Assembly: GCF_009914755.1 (NCBI RefSeq)
Contig: NC_060934.1
DNA length: 64,000 nucleotides
Source of the DNA: the human T2T-CHM13v2.0 reference genome, Homo sapiens
Strand: one strand, 5' to 3'
In this document: positions 59,853-64,000 of the stretch, piece by piece
Layout: every line of letters begins with the position of its first letter
Numbering within the stretch: position 1 is the stretch's first letter
The notes under the pieces: generated by a model
Seen by the model: only the letters and a program-made list of their open reading frames with translations
What the model was told of the DNA's origin: nothing
Database searches by the model: none
Position numbers and translations under genes: made by a program

Positions 59853-60869
59853 ATGGGGAAAAAACAGAACAGAAAAACTGGAAACTCTAAAAAGCAGAGC
59901 GCCTCTCCTTCTCCAAAGGAACGCAGTTCCTCACCAGCAACGGAACAAAGCTGGATGGAGAATGACTTTGACGAGCTGAGAGAAGAAGGCTTCGGACTAT
60001 CAAATTACTCTGAGCTATGGGAGGACATTCAAACCAAAGGCAAAGAAGTTGAAAACTTTGAAAAAAATTTAGAAGAATGTATAACTAGAATAACCAATAC
60101 AGAGAAGTGCTTAAAGGAGCTGATGGAGCTGAAAACCAAGGCTCGAGAACTACGGGAAGAATGCAGAAGCCTCAGGAGCCGATGCGATCAACTGGAAGAA
60201 AGGGTATCAGCAATGGAAGATGAAATGAATGAAATGAAACGAGAAGGGAAGTTTAGAGAAAAAAGAATAAAAAGAAATGAGCAAAGTCTCCAAGAAATAT
60301 GGGACTATGTGAAAAGACCAAATCTACGTCTGACTGGTGTACCTGAAAGTGACGGGGAGAATGGAGCCAAGTTGGAAAACACGCTGCAGGATATTATCCA
60401 GGAGAACTTCCCCAATCTAGCAAGGCAGGCCAACATTCAGATTCAGGAAATACAGAGAACTCCACAAAGATACTACTCGAGAAGAGCAACTCCAAGACAC
60501 ATAATTGTCAGATTCACCAAAGTTGAAATGAAGGAAAAAATGTTAAGGGCAGCCAGAGAGAAAGGTCAGGTTACCCTCAAAGGGAAGCCCATCAGACTAA
60601 CAGCAGATCTCTTGGCAGAAACCCTACAAGCCAGAAGAGAGTGGGGGCCAATATTCAACATTCTTAAAGAAAAGAGTTTTCAACCCAGAATTTCATATCC
60701 AGCCAAACTAAGCTTCATAAGTGAAGGAGAAATAAAATCCTTTACAGACAAGCAAATGCTGAGAGATTTTGTCACTACCAGGCCTGCCTTACAAGAGCTC
60801 CTGAAGGAAGCACTAAACATGGAAAGGAACAACCGGTACCAGCCACTGCAAAATCATGCCAAAATGTAA
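59853..60869 (+). CDS. L1 ORF1p, full-length 338 aa
   Basis: MGKKQNRKTG...NHAKM; REKG, ARR and YPAKLS motifs intact. Confidence 0.93.
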   Translation: MGKKQNRKTGNSKKQSASPSPKERSSSPATEQSWMENDFDELREEGFGLSNYSELWEDIQTKGKEVENFEKNLEECITRITNTEKCLKELMELKTKARELREECRSLRSRCDQLEERVSAMEDEMNEMKREGKFREKRIKRNEQSLQEIWDYVKRPNLRLTGVPESDGENGAKLENTLQDIIQENFPNLARQANIQIQEIQRTPQRYYSRRATPRHIIVRFTKVEMKEKMLRAAREKGQVTLKGKPIRLTADLLAETLQARREWGPIFNILKEKSFQPRISYPAKLSFISEGEIKSFTDKQMLRDFVTTRPALQELLKEALNMERNNRYQPLQNHAKM

Positions 60870-60932
60870 AGACCATCGAGATGAGGAAGAAACTGCATCA
60901 ACTAACGAGCAAAATCACCAGCTAACATCATA

Positions 60933-64000
<3,068 letters not shown>

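Overview
Primate, almost certainly human, genomic DNA from a KRAB zinc-finger cluster. The minus strand carries the 5' half of ZNF248: part of the KRAB-A exon at 1-81, the MNKSQ start exon at 18266-18307, 5'UTR exons, and a CpG-island promoter at about 19-20.2 kb. Head-to-head on the plus strand is an intron-containing ZNF33/ZNF37-like KRAB-ZNF pseudogene (ATG exon about 29448-29494, KRAB-A 45588-45714, KRAB-B 45990-46085 with a W-to-stop change, decayed exon of about 19 fingers at 56578-58945). A 5'-complete L1PA2-type LINE-1 (intact ORF1 and ORF0, broken ORF2) is inserted in its last finger and runs off the window. The rest is mostly Alus, old L1s, MaLR/ERV LTRs (solo LTR17, truncated LTR2B, MER68, MER4A1, MER57, LTR8, MER34) and DNA-transposon remnants. 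I found no prokaryote-type system. The best leads are a possible NMD-escaping 66-aa KRAB-only product of the pseudogene, a two-uORF module overlapping the ZNF248 start codon, an L1 antisense promoter/ORF0 pointing toward ZNF248, and two captured-DNA events near the window start. Repeat family names come from recalled consensus sequences, were not searched, and have approximate boundaries.
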